From Armatimonadota bacterium (GTDB taxonomy: Bacteria; Armatimonadota; UBA5829; DTLH01), in contig JBBRAE010000005.1 of assembly GCA_038207085.1 (NCBI GenBank), positions 64,001 through 128,000 on the forward strand: 64,000 bases of DNA, read 5' to 3'. The position numbers and the translations under genes were made by a program. Positions 32,143 through 42,382 of the stretch are shown piece by piece (position 1 is the stretch's first letter; each line of letters opens with the position of its first letter). Under the pieces are notes generated by a model, which saw only the letters and a program-made list of their open reading frames with translations, was not told where the DNA came from and ran no database searches.

Positions 32143-33840
32143 TTGATGAACCACGCGGGTTCCTGTTTGGTCAGTCGTTTTGTCCCCAAGAGCGAGTTTT
32201 CCTCCTACGAGGAGTTCAAATCAGAGTTTCGGATAGATATCCCCGAGAACTTCAACTTCGCGTACGACGTAGTCGATCACTACGCCCTGACGCAACCTGA
32301 GAAGGTCGCGCTGGTGTGGCTCGACGACAAGGGCGACGAGCAGACCTTCACCTTCGCCGATCTTAAGCACTACAGCGACAAGACCGCGAACCTGCTCCAA
32401 ACGCTCGGCATAGGCAAGGGCGACCCCGTGATGCTGATAGCCAAGCGCCGCTACGAGTTCTGGTTTATGCTGATCGCGCTGCACAAGCTCGGCGCAGTCG
32501 CTGTCCCCGCAAGCCACATGCTGACCGCTCGCGACATCAGCTACCGATGCAACGCAGCCGACATTAGGGCCATTTTCGCCATCGCCGACGAGCGCATCGC
32601 GAGCGAGGTAGAAGAAGCCGAAAAAAGTTCGCCCACGCTCAATGTCAAGATCCTGATGCGCGGAACAAGAGAGGGCTGGCACAGCTTCGACGAGGAGCTT
32701 ACCAAGTCCTCCGACAGTTTTGCGCGCCCCACCGGGGCCGACGCTACCACAAACGACGACACCTCGGTGCTATTTTTCACCTCTGGCACGACGGGTCTGC
32801 CGAAGATGGTCGAGCACGACTTCACCTATCCCCTCGGACACATCATCACTGCGGCCTACTGGCAGAACTGCGAGGACGGCGGCCTGCATCTCACCGTCGC
32901 CGACACCGGATGGGCCAAGTTCGCCTGGGGCAAGATTTACGGCCAGTGGATATCGGGCTGCGCGGTGTTTGTCTACGACTACGACCACAAGTTTGAGCCA
33001 AAGAAGCTTCTACAGGTGCTGGACGATTACCAGATCACATCTTTCTGCGCCCCCTCGACCATTTTTCGCATGATGCTGATGGAGGACTGCTCCAAGTACG
33101 ACCTCAAGCACCTGAAAGACTGCGTCTGCGCCGGTGAGCCGCTCTATCCCGAGGTCTACAACAAGATCCTCGAAGTGATGGGCCTACGGCTGCGCGAGGG
33201 TTTCGGGCAGTCGGAAACGGTCGTCGCGATCGCTAACTTCCCCTGGATGGAGGGCAAACCCGGCTCAATGGGCAAGCCTTCCCCCACCTACGACATCGCG
33301 ATCATCGACGACGAGGGCAACCTCTGCGGCGACGGTGAACAGGGCCACGTCGTGTACAAGCTCGATGGCTCCCGCCCCGCGGGCATGTTCTGCCGCTACC
33401 ACCGCAACCAGGAGCTGACCGACAAGGCGTTCCGCGACGGGCTCTATTATACCGGCGACATCGCCTACCGTGACGAGGACGGCTACTACTGGTACGTCTG
33501 CCGAGCCGACGACACGATCAAAAGCTCCGGCTACAAGATCGGCCCCTTCGAGGTCGAAAGCGTGCTGCAGGAGCACCCCGCAGTCCACGAGTGCGCTGTT
33601 ACAGGTGTCCCGGACCCCATTCGCGGCCAGATCGTCAAGGCGACGATCGTCCTAGCCGCCGACTTCGAGCCCTCAGACGTGCTTGCCAAAGAGCTTCAGG
33701 ACTTCGTAAAGCACAACACCGCGCCCTACAAATATCCGAGGCTCGTAGAGTTCGTCGATGCGCTCCCAAGGACCCACAGCGGCAAGGTCAGCCGAAACGT
33801 GATTCGCAAGACCGACCAGGAGAAAGTTGCAAAGCTGTAA
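32143..33840 (+). CDS. Acyl/acetyl-CoA synthetase (AMP-binding, MACS-like)
   Basis: FTSGTTGLPK, FGQSET, YYTGD and YKYPR motifs. Confidence 0.93.
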   Translation: MMNHAGSCLVSRFVPKSEFSSYEEFKSEFRIDIPENFNFAYDVVDHYALTQPEKVALVWLDDKGDEQTFTFADLKHYSDKTANLLQTLGIGKGDPVMLIAKRRYEFWFMLIALHKLGAVAVPASHMLTARDISYRCNAADIRAIFAIADERIASEVEEAEKSSPTLNVKILMRGTREGWHSFDEELTKSSDSFARPTGADATTNDDTSVLFFTSGTTGLPKMVEHDFTYPLGHIITAAYWQNCEDGGLHLTVADTGWAKFAWGKIYGQWISGCAVFVYDYDHKFEPKKLLQVLDDYQITSFCAPSTIFRMMLMEDCSKYDLKHLKDCVCAGEPLYPEVYNKILEVMGLRLREGFGQSETVVAIANFPWMEGKPGSMGKPSPTYDIAIIDDEGNLCGDGEQGHVVYKLDGSRPAGMFCRYHRNQELTDKAFRDGLYYTGDIAYRDEDGYYWYVCRADDTIKSSGYKIGPFEVESVLQEHPAVHECAVTGVPDPIRGQIVKATIVLAADFEPSDVLAKELQDFVKHNTAPYKYPRLVEFVDALPRTHSGKVSRNVIRKTDQEKVAKL

Positions 33841-34008
33841 ACCTTGACGTTAGTCGAGAAAACCTGTCCCGCCAGCCAAGCGATATTCCCGCAAATACGC
33901 AAAACTCAGTTATAATATCTCAACATTTCGGTGCATGAGGGCAGTGGACGAACATACGTCTACGACCTGAGCAACGTAAAATAGACTATTACTGCGCCAC
34001 GATTTCAG

Positions 34009-34048
34009 AACACTCCGGGGCAGGCACTCTTTGCCCCGGAGTGTTTTC
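34009..34048. terminator. Intrinsic terminator between convergent genes
   Basis: AACACTCCGGGGCA-N9-TGCCCCGGAGTGTT followed by T's. Confidence 0.8.
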
Positions 34049-34105
34049 ACATCTGACGCCTGCACTACATTTCCCAACCGGCACGGGATGAGGTAATCCT
34101 GCGCG

Positions 34106-36583
34106 CTATATGAACAGGTTCACATTCCCCGCTTCGGCCCGGTCAAGATAGGTTGCGACGCCGCCTTCTTCGACTCCGTCGATCAGCTCTTCGCGCTTGA
34201 TCCCCATCAGGTCCATCGACATCGTGCAGACGACGAGCTTCACCCCTGACCTCATCGCCGACTCGATCAGCTCAGGCAGGCTCGGGACGTTTTTCTTCTT
34301 CATAATTCCCTTTATCATCGCAAGGCCCATCCCTCCCATGTTCATATTTGAGAGCTTGAGCTTGTCGGCCCCACGGGGCATCATCCAGCCGAACATCTTC
34401 TCGATTGCGGTCTTGCGGACCGGCGCAGGGTCAGGCCGCCTGAGCGCGTTTATCCCCCAGAAGGTGAAGAACATCGTCACGTCGCTTCCCATCGAGGCCG
34501 CGCCGTTTGCGATGATGAATGCGGCCATCTGCTTGTCGAACTCGCCGCTAAAGACGACCATCGTCTTGTGCTTGGACAAGGGCACGGCGGTCGATGCCTG
34601 CGCCGAACCGCTACCCTTGGCGATCGTCGCCTTGAAGTGGCCGTTTTCGGGAGCGACCGAGATCAGGCGGTTCCCCGTCCCGTGGCACCAGGAACTGATG
34701 TCTCGGGCAAACGCGGGGTCGCTCGACGTTACGGCGATCGCTTCGCCCTCTTTGATCGCCTTCATCTCCTCGGATACGCGCATGATCGGTCCCGGACACT
34801 GTAGTCCGCAGGCGTCGACCTGCCTCACGACCGGCGCGGGCTGCGGGTTGCACTCCTGTGTGACATGGCAGCTGACCCCCGAGTCGTCGCAGACCTCACC
34901 CTTCGGCGGCTCGGGCCGCTTGTAGCCGTTTGACACGCTCTGCGAATATGTCCTGATCCCGCCGGATAGGTTGCGGCACTTGAAGCCGTTCTGGGCAAGC
35001 ACCCGGCAGGCGAGGTACCCCCGCAGCCCGACCGCACAGAAGACCAGTATCTCCCTGTCACGGGAGAGTTCGCCCAGCCTGTCCCGAAGCTCATCGAGCG
35101 GAATATTGACCGACCCCGGAATCGTCCCTGCGGCGACCTCGAAGGGCTTGCGCACGTCAAGAAGCACCTGGTCCTCGCGTGGGTCGACTACGTCCGGGAC
35201 GTGGCAGAGCGACACGTCGCCCCGGATCACGTTTGAGGCGACAAAGCCCGCGTAGTTCACTGGGTCCTTGGCCGAGCCAAACGGAGGAGCGTAGGAAAGC
35301 TCTAGCTCTTCCAGGTCAAAGACGCTCATCCCGGCCCTCATCGCGACCGCGAGCACGTCTATGCGCTTGTCGACCCCGTCCGCACCTACGGCCTGAGCGC
35401 CGAGAATTCGACCGTCCCCGGGGTCAAAAAGCAGCTTCAGCGTTATCTGGCTTGCGCCGGGGTAGTAGCTCGCGTGGCTTGCGGGGTGCACATAGACCTT
35501 CTCGTACGCCCGACCGAGCCGCCTAAGCGTCTTCTCGTTCATCCCCGTCATCCCGACCGCCAGGTCAAAGACCTTGCAGATGCCGGTCCCCTGAGTGTCT
35601 TTATATACCGAATCGCGGCCAAAAGCGTTGTCCGCGGCGATCCTTCCCTGACGGTTCGCGGGTCCGGCGAGCGGAATCAGGGTCTGGAAACCACCGACAA
35701 AATCCCGCACCTCGACCGCGTCGCCGACGGCGAAGATATCCGGGTCGCTTGTCCTCATGTGCTCGTCGACGACGATTCCGCCGCGCTCGCCTATCGCCAG
35801 CCCGGCCCCCTTGGCAAGGGAGACTTCGGGGCGCACGCCGATCGCCATTATAGCGATGCCGCACTCCACTGAGTCGCCGGTGCTGAGGTTCGCCCGAAGC
35901 GAGTCATCAAGCGCCACAAAGGAGGTCACGCTCGTCTCAAGGCGCAGGTCCACCCCGTTCATCCCCAAGTGCTGGTGCAGTGGGTGCGCGATCTCGGGGT
36001 CGACCGGAGCCATCACCTGTGGAGAAAGCTCGACGAGCGTCACGCCGACCCCTCGCTCCCGAAGCGCCTCTGCCATCTCAAGGCCGATGTACCCGCCGCC
36101 GATCACCACCGAGTTCTCGGGCTTGGTATCCTCAAGCACCCGGATGATCGCGTCCATGTCGGCCATCGAGCGCAGGGTCAGGACTCGTGGGTCGTCACTT
36201 CCTGGTATCGGCACCCGAATCGGCTCTGCACCGGGGCTTAGCACAAGCTTGTCGTAGCAAAGCGTCTCGGCCTGCCCGGTCTCGACGTTTCTAAGGGTCA
36301 CATTGCGCGCTCCTCTGTCAATTGCGACAACCTCGGTCCTTACGCGCACGTCGATTCGCAGGTTGCCGTAGAGCGTCTGCGGCGTCTGGACGAGGAGCCG
36401 CCCCCGGTCGGCGATCGTGCCCCCGATGTGATAGGGCAGGCCGCAGTTTGCAAACGAAACGTATTCTCCGCGCTCCACAAGCACGATCTCAGCGTCCTCT
36501 GAGAGCCTTCTGGCCCGCGCTGCGGCAGATGCGCCTCCGGCGACCCCTCCGACTATGACGATTCGAGTCTTTTCTTTTTTCAA
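34106..36583 (-). CDS. CoA-disulfide/persulfide reductase fused to rhodanese, TusA and DsrE-like domains
   Basis: GGVAGG, SFANCGLPY, rhodanese CAVGLRG, TusA CPGP and DsrE2 FFTFWG...CTMSMD motifs. Confidence 0.9.
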   Translation of the reverse strand: MKKEKTRIVIVGGVAGGASAAARARRLSEDAEIVLVERGEYVSFANCGLPYHIGGTIADRGRLLVQTPQTLYGNLRIDVRVRTEVVAIDRGARNVTLRNVETGQAETLCYDKLVLSPGAEPIRVPIPGSDDPRVLTLRSMADMDAIIRVLEDTKPENSVVIGGGYIGLEMAEALRERGVGVTLVELSPQVMAPVDPEIAHPLHQHLGMNGVDLRLETSVTSFVALDDSLRANLSTGDSVECGIAIMAIGVRPEVSLAKGAGLAIGERGGIVVDEHMRTSDPDIFAVGDAVEVRDFVGGFQTLIPLAGPANRQGRIAADNAFGRDSVYKDTQGTGICKVFDLAVGMTGMNEKTLRRLGRAYEKVYVHPASHASYYPGASQITLKLLFDPGDGRILGAQAVGADGVDKRIDVLAVAMRAGMSVFDLEELELSYAPPFGSAKDPVNYAGFVASNVIRGDVSLCHVPDVVDPREDQVLLDVRKPFEVAAGTIPGSVNIPLDELRDRLGELSRDREILVFCAVGLRGYLACRVLAQNGFKCRNLSGGIRTYSQSVSNGYKRPEPPKGEVCDDSGVSCHVTQECNPQPAPVVRQVDACGLQCPGPIMRVSEEMKAIKEGEAIAVTSSDPAFARDISSWCHGTGNRLISVAPENGHFKATIAKGSGSAQASTAVPLSKHKTMVVFSGEFDKQMAAFIIANGAASMGSDVTMFFTFWGINALRRPDPAPVRKTAIEKMFGWMMPRGADKLKLSNMNMGGMGLAMIKGIMKKKNVPSLPELIESAMRSGVKLVVCTMSMDLMGIKREELIDGVEEGGVATYLDRAEAGNVNLFI

Positions 36584-36925
36584 CTATTCCTCCATACAAT
36601 CATCAGGAAGCGCAGCATCCCCGCAGTGCGCCCGGACGCAGGACAGAAGCGCCGGAAGCTGCGGAGAGACAATTTTGTAGTGAACGGTGCGCCCGACCCG
36701 CACGCTCCCGAGCAGCCCACAGTTCTGCATAAGCCTGAGGTGTTCGCATATCTGGTTCTCCCTAACTTCACAGATCTCTGATATCTCGCGAACGGTGAAA
36801 TCCCCCTGCATCAGCGCATCGACGATCCGCAGGCGCACGGGGTGAGCGAGCACCTTGAGGCACGCCGCCGCCTCCGAGAGCTTTTCCATAGGGAGCAGGT
36901 CGATCTTTGTCTTGGTCAGTTCCAT
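36584..36925 (-). CDS. ArsR/SmtB family transcriptional regulator
   Basis: LKVLAHPVRLRI...HLRLM...R.GR.V.Y pattern. Confidence 0.9.
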   Translation of the reverse strand: MELTKTKIDLLPMEKLSEAAACLKVLAHPVRLRIVDALMQGDFTVREISEICEVRENQICEHLRLMQNCGLLGSVRVGRTVHYKIVSPQLPALLSCVRAHCGDAALPDDCMEE

Positions 36926-36944
36926 CTCACATGTCCTAATATCG

Positions 36945-36984
36945 ATATATCGTGAGTCTACGATGTATTAATGGCATTATACCA
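36945..36984 (-). promoter_or_regulatory. Extended -10 plus a palindromic putative ArsR operator
   Basis: TGGTATAAT on the minus strand; ATATATCGT-N6-ACGATGTAT inverted repeat between it and the start codon. Confidence 0.5.
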
Positions 36985-37145
36985 CATTTTGGCTAATACA
37001 AACACAACGGGAGAAATAGTGTGGAGTGCACTATTCCCATATTCTGCGGGAACGTTTCGTTTAGTCCAACCTATCGAATCCGTAGAATCAAGTTCCCGCA
37101 GCATGCATCGGCGTACAAAGCGGCGTCAAGACGCCGCAATCCATA

Positions 37146-38579
37146 TCAGGGGTTCACCGCAAGCATCTTGATCTCGGTCATCTCTTCGATCGCGTAGCGG
37201 ATTCCCTCGCGCCCGAACCCCGAGTCCTTGACTCCACCGTAGGGCATGTTATCGATCCTGTAGCTCGATGCCTCGTTCACCACGACCTGACCCACCTCAA
37301 GCTCGCGAAACGCACGAAATACGTGTTCGAGGTTGTTCGAGAACACCGATGCCTGCAGCCCGTAGCGCGAATTGTTCACCTTGGCGATCGCCTCGGAGAA
37401 GTCGTCAAACGGCTCGACGATCGCGACCGGGCCAAACACCTCAAGGCAGCTCACCTTCTCATCGGGGTCGACGCCCTCAAGCACCGTCGGCTCATAAAAC
37501 GTGCCTCGGCGCTCGCCTCCGGTCAGAAGCTTCGCCCCGCCGTGCACGGCTTCGCTCACCCACTCCTCGATTCGCTTCGCCGACGCCTCATCGATCACCG
37601 GCCCAACGTCGGTAGACTCGTCCATCGGGTCCCCGACGTGCTTCTTCTCCACCGCATCGACGAACTTGCGCACAAAGTCGTCGTAGATCCCGCGATGCAC
37701 AAACATCCTCTGTACCGAGATGCAGCTCTGGCCCGAGTAGTAGAAGGCCCCGGCAGCGGAGCGCGAGACGGCATAGTCCACGTCCGCGTCCGCATCGATG
37801 ATCTCCGCCGCGTTCCCTCCAAGCTCAAGGGTGACCCTCTTTTTCCCTGAAATAGATTTTAGAGCCCACCCCACCTCCGTGCTCCCGGTGAACGAAATCG
37901 CTTTTATACGATCGTCCTCGACCATCCTGCGGGTAAGCTCGGTCGAGCAGGGCACGATGTTTAGAGCGCCCGAAGGCGCGCCGGACTGCATCGCGATCTC
38001 ACCCAAAATTAGCGCAGTAAGGGGCGTGCGCATTGAGGGCTTGATGATGATCGAGTTCCCCGCCGCCAGCGCGGGGGCGATCTTGTGGGCGACGAGGTTA
38101 ATCGGGAAGTTAAAGGGCGTGATCCCAAGCACAGGCCCGATCGGGAAGCGCTGGATGATCCCAATGCGCCCCTCAGACACTTGGTTTAAATCAAGCGGGA
38201 TAGTGTCGCCGGGCAGGCGCTTTGCCTCCTCGCTCGCTATAGTAAAGGTCATAATCGCGCGGTCGACCTCGGCGCGGGAGTCTTTGATCGGTTTCCCGGC
38301 CTCAAGTGTGATCGTGCGGGCGATCTCTTCCTTGCGTTCCTTGATCTTTTCGGCCATACCTCGCAGAATATCGGCGCGCTTGTAGCTCGGGAGCGACCGC
38401 ATCACTTCAAAACCCTTGATCGCAGTCGCAATCGCGTCCTCGACATCGGCTTCACCCGCGACGAACACGACCCCAGCCACGCCACCCTGCGGGCTCTGGA
38501 CGTTCTCCCGCTCCGAAGAACTCCTCCAGTCCCCGCCGATCAAAAACTTATGCTCATGTGCCATAGTAGCTACTGACAT
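37146..38579 (-). CDS. Aldehyde dehydrogenase family protein
   Basis: ITPFNFP, FTGS, LELGGN, GQSC and EVFGPV motifs. Confidence 0.95.
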   Translation of the reverse strand: MSVATMAHEHKFLIGGDWRSSSERENVQSPQGGVAGVVFVAGEADVEDAIATAIKGFEVMRSLPSYKRADILRGMAEKIKERKEEIARTITLEAGKPIKDSRAEVDRAIMTFTIASEEAKRLPGDTIPLDLNQVSEGRIGIIQRFPIGPVLGITPFNFPINLVAHKIAPALAAGNSIIIKPSMRTPLTALILGEIAMQSGAPSGALNIVPCSTELTRRMVEDDRIKAISFTGSTEVGWALKSISGKKRVTLELGGNAAEIIDADADVDYAVSRSAAGAFYYSGQSCISVQRMFVHRGIYDDFVRKFVDAVEKKHVGDPMDESTDVGPVIDEASAKRIEEWVSEAVHGGAKLLTGGERRGTFYEPTVLEGVDPDEKVSCLEVFGPVAIVEPFDDFSEAIAKVNNSRYGLQASVFSNNLEHVFRAFRELEVGQVVVNEASSYRIDNMPYGGVKDSGFGREGIRYAIEEMTEIKMLAVNP

Positions 38580-38652
38580 TTCACCCTCCGGGTGTGCAAA
38601 TTGTAAAATGCAAAATTGGGGACTGGCGAGATTTGGGAGATTGATGGCCTAA

Positions 38653-38811
38653 GTTGGCCTGGATTTGCAATCCGGGCCCTCTTGGCAGTCAAGGGATCTG
38701 TGATCCCGTTCTTTCGACCGTGCCCAATCTACCGGCATCACAGATGCCTATTCTGCCAGATCGTCCCGGATCACAGATCCGGACGAACAGTTGGTACAGA
38801 TCCGGACTAAC
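38653..38811. repeat. Dispersed REPIN-like element, family B, copy 2
   Basis: 159 bp; aligns end to end with 3172-3330. Confidence 0.85.
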
Positions 38812-38850
38812 GTACACCAACCCCTATCCCCTATCCTCTAACCCCTACCA

Positions 38851-40482
38851 TCACGTAGGGCAGATCATCTGCCCGAGTCTTTCACTTAGTTTCAGGTTCT
38901 CGCTGTAGTCCACCCGCACGTCGATCACAGCCGAGCTCGGCCCTTCAAAAGCTTGCTGGAGAACAGGCCCGAGCTCCGAGGCGTCCTCGACGCGGTAGCC
39001 CTTCGCACCAAAGGACTCAGCTAGCTTCACGAAGTCGGGATTCCCCAAATCCACCCCGAACCCTAGGTTGTATTTACCCATCTGCTTCCATTTAATGAGC
39101 CCATAGCCGTAATCGTTGAATATCAGATATACCACTTTGGTCCCAAGACGAAGCCCCGTCTCAAGCTCCTGAACGTTCATCAGGAACCCGCCGTCCCCGC
39201 ATGCCGCGAGCACCCGCTTTTCCGGGTGGACGAGCTTTGCGGCGATCGCCGCGGGGACTGCAAACCCCATCGATGCAAACCCGTTGGAGATAAGCACGGT
39301 GTTTGGCTCGAATGCCGGGTACATCCGGGCGATCCAGAGCTTGTGCGCGCCGACGTCGCTTATCAGGATGTCGTCGCGCCCAAGCGCCCTACGCATCTCG
39401 TAGATGATCTTCTGCGGCGTAATGTTCGGCCCGGAGTCCTGTGCATGGCTTTCCCGCTCGGCAATGACGTAGTCTTTCAGTCGGCGATAGTAGTCCTGGT
39501 CTGGGCGCCTGTCGAGTAGCGGGGTGAGCAGCTTCAAGTTGACCGCGATACTGCCTATAAGCTGCGCCGCGGGAACATACTGTGCCTGAACGTCGGCGGG
39601 AGTAAAATCGATATGGACGATCGTCTTGTCGCCGTTTGGGTTCCAGCGCCGGGGCGAATATTCGACTATATCGTAGCCGACCGCGATCACGAGGTCTGCC
39701 CGGTCAAACCCGCAGCTTACGTGGTCGTGGGCCTGCAGGCCGATCGTCCCGGAGTGCAGGTCCGACTCAGCCGAGATCGCGCCTTTGCCCATAAACGTGG
39801 TCGAGCCCGGTATGTTCACCGCGCTCATCAACGCCCGAAGCTGCTCCGAGGCCCGCCCCCGGATCACCCCGTTGCCGGAGAGTATAATCGGGTGTTTAGC
39901 ATTGTTGATCAGCTCCGCTGCAACTTTGAGCCCGCCATCGGCAATAGGCAGGTCCAAGTGCTCGCGAGGAAGCGGCGAGCCTTCAACATCGAGCGCGGAG
40001 ATGTCCTCGGGCAGCTCGATGTGGGTCGCCCCTGGTTTTTCCAATTCAGCGTCGTGAAACGCCTTGCGGACGACCTCGGGGATGATCCTCGGCGTGTCGA
40101 CTCGAGTGTTCCACTTGGTGACCGGCTCAAAGGTGCGCACGATGTCGATGTACTGGTGGTACTCCTTGTGGGTCGACTCAAGGCCGACCTGCCCGGTGAT
40201 CGCCACAAGCGGCGCGTGGTCGAGGTTGGCGTCAGCGACGGCTGTGATGAGATTAGTCGCCCCCGGCCCAAGCGTCGACGTGCAGACCGCCGCGCGCCCC
40301 GTCAGCCTGCCGTAGCCATCGGCCATAAACGCGGCCCCCTGCTCGTGCCGGGTCGATACAAACTTGATATTGGACCTCGAAAGCGAGTCGACAAGGCCAA
40401 GCATTTCTTCGCCCGGAACCCCGAAGACATACTCCACGCCCTCGTTTTCCAGGCATTTGACCAGAAGATCAGATACTTTCAT
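38851..40482 (-). CDS. Acetolactate synthase large subunit (TPP-dependent)
   Basis: FGVPGEE, RHEQGAAFMA, GPGATN and GDGGFLMN motifs. Confidence 0.93.
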   Translation of the reverse strand: MKVSDLLVKCLENEGVEYVFGVPGEEMLGLVDSLSRSNIKFVSTRHEQGAAFMADGYGRLTGRAAVCTSTLGPGATNLITAVADANLDHAPLVAITGQVGLESTHKEYHQYIDIVRTFEPVTKWNTRVDTPRIIPEVVRKAFHDAELEKPGATHIELPEDISALDVEGSPLPREHLDLPIADGGLKVAAELINNAKHPIILSGNGVIRGRASEQLRALMSAVNIPGSTTFMGKGAISAESDLHSGTIGLQAHDHVSCGFDRADLVIAVGYDIVEYSPRRWNPNGDKTIVHIDFTPADVQAQYVPAAQLIGSIAVNLKLLTPLLDRRPDQDYYRRLKDYVIAERESHAQDSGPNITPQKIIYEMRRALGRDDILISDVGAHKLWIARMYPAFEPNTVLISNGFASMGFAVPAAIAAKLVHPEKRVLAACGDGGFLMNVQELETGLRLGTKVVYLIFNDYGYGLIKWKQMGKYNLGFGVDLGNPDFVKLAESFGAKGYRVEDASELGPVLQQAFEGPSSAVIDVRVDYSENLKLSERLGQMICPT

Positions 40483-40824
40483 GCCAGCGTTCCCCTATTA
40501 CTCTACGATCACTTAAACCACAAAGTAATGAATTATCCCCCTTCACACTTGAGAATCAAACCCAACAGTTGAGATTGCTCCGAGGCCTTGGCAATCGGTG
40601 CTGAGAATGGACACATAACTCCAAAAAAACGCTCTCCTGCGATTCATGGTATAATGAGATCGATTGTTACGTGGCTTTGGCATTGGCTTGGTCGTTCACT
40701 GATGTTTTCGGACTGCTGGCCTGCTTTCTTCGCGACGCAAAGAAGGCTGCTGCTGGCGGAGCAATATTCACGTTTGTCGTGAATACTGCGGGCTAGTCTT
40801 TTCGCTTCAAGCTCCGAGACAACA

Positions 40825-42213
40825 GTGAAAAATCAGGAGAATGATCGTTTGACCCACAAAGAAAACACACCTACCGCCTCGGCGTTTGCCGACTTTAATC
40901 TGGACCAACTGCTCGTCAAAGCTATCAAAGACGCCGGTTACCAGGCGCCGACGCCCGTGCAGGCAGCCACTATCCCGATCGCGCTCGCAAGACGCGACAT
41001 GATCGGCACCGCTCAGACCGGAACCGGCAAAACCGCCGCTTTTGTGCTGCCGATACTCCACCACCTGCTCACCAACCCGGTCAAGAAACCGTGCACGAGG
41101 GTAATCGTCCTCACACCGACGCGCGAGCTTGCCGAACAGGTCGCCGACTGCTTCAGGCAGCTGGGCCGGTTCACCAAGATCAAGACCGCCACCGTATACG
41201 GCGGGGTCGGAATGCATCCCCAGGAGAAGGCGCTAAGAAGCGGCGCCGAAGTGATCGTTGCGTGCCCTGGACGGCTCATCGACCACATGGAGCGAGGCAA
41301 CACCAATTTTGCGCATGTTGAAGAGGTTGTGCTGGACGAAGCCGACCGGATGCTTGATATGGGCTTTTTGCCGCCGATCAAGCACATTTTGTCCACGCTC
41401 CCCCGAGATCGCCACACTATGCTTTTCTCGGCGACGTTCGCCCCTGAGCTGACAAAGCTTGCCGGCAACGCGATGAACAAGCCCGAGCGTGTCCAGGTGG
41501 ACCTGTGCGCACCGGCAAAGACCGTCGCCCACGCGCTGTACCCTTGCGCCCAGCACCTGAAGTCGCTGCTTTTGCTTCGTCTGCTTGGAGAAACCGACAC
41601 CAACTCGGTGTTGATCTTTACTCGCACCAAGCACCGCGCCGACCGACTGGCCCGACAGATCGAGAACGCCGGGTATACGACGACGGTGCTGCACTCCAAC
41701 AAGTCTCAGAACCAGAGGCAGAACGCGCTCGACCGCTTCAAGTCCGGCAAGTGCCAGATATTGGTCGCGACCGACATCGCCGCCCGCGGTCTTGACGTGG
41801 AGACGATCACCCACGTAGTCAACTACGACATTCCTGACACAGCGGACGCCTACATCCACCGCATCGGCCGCACAGGTCGCGCCGAGCGCGAGGGTGACGC
41901 AATGACGCTTATCACCGGTGAAGACGCCGGGATAGTCTGGGACATCGAGCGAGCTCTGGGCTCTCGGATTGAGCGCAAGCAGCTTGCAGATTTCGATTAC
42001 AAGGCCCGTCCCGCGCCCAGCGAGTTCAAGCCCGCTCCCGCATCGGACCAAAAGCCGAAGTTCTCTGCGCCTAAATCGAACAAAGACGCAAGGCCCGCGC
42101 CCGCGCAGACCAAACCCGGCAACTTCGCACCGAAGTACCGCAGCAAGTCAAAGCGCAAGAAGGCCTCCGACGTTTTCGTCGAGAGGAACGTGCCAAGAGA
42201 AAGCGTCGCTTAA
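40825..42213 (+). CDS. DEAD-box RNA helicase (RhlE-like)
   Basis: AQTGTGKT, PTRELA, DEAD, SAT, ARGLD and HRIGRTGR motifs. Confidence 0.96.
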   Translation: MKNQENDRLTHKENTPTASAFADFNLDQLLVKAIKDAGYQAPTPVQAATIPIALARRDMIGTAQTGTGKTAAFVLPILHHLLTNPVKKPCTRVIVLTPTRELAEQVADCFRQLGRFTKIKTATVYGGVGMHPQEKALRSGAEVIVACPGRLIDHMERGNTNFAHVEEVVLDEADRMLDMGFLPPIKHILSTLPRDRHTMLFSATFAPELTKLAGNAMNKPERVQVDLCAPAKTVAHALYPCAQHLKSLLLLRLLGETDTNSVLIFTRTKHRADRLARQIENAGYTTTVLHSNKSQNQRQNALDRFKSGKCQILVATDIAARGLDVETITHVVNYDIPDTADAYIHRIGRTGRAEREGDAMTLITGEDAGIVWDIERALGSRIERKQLADFDYKARPAPSEFKPAPASDQKPKFSAPKSNKDARPAPAQTKPGNFAPKYRSKSKRKKASDVFVERNVPRESVA

Positions 42214-42221
42214 GCTATAGC

Positions 42222-42248
42222 GTAGGGGCGGACCAACGTGTCCGCCCT
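42222..42248 (+). repeat. Solitary GTAG-type REP
   Basis: GTAG-GGGCGGAC-CAACGT-GTCCGCCC directly after a stop codon. Confidence 0.65.
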
Positions 42249-42382
42249 TTCCGAGTTGGACGGCGATCTCCATATCGCCGTCCCAAAACCAATCCGGGAT
42301 CTCCCTACCCCAATTCCCCCTCCTGTTTTCCTCCACAATCCCGATAATATGATCAAGTACGTATCAGCATTAGGGGCAGACA

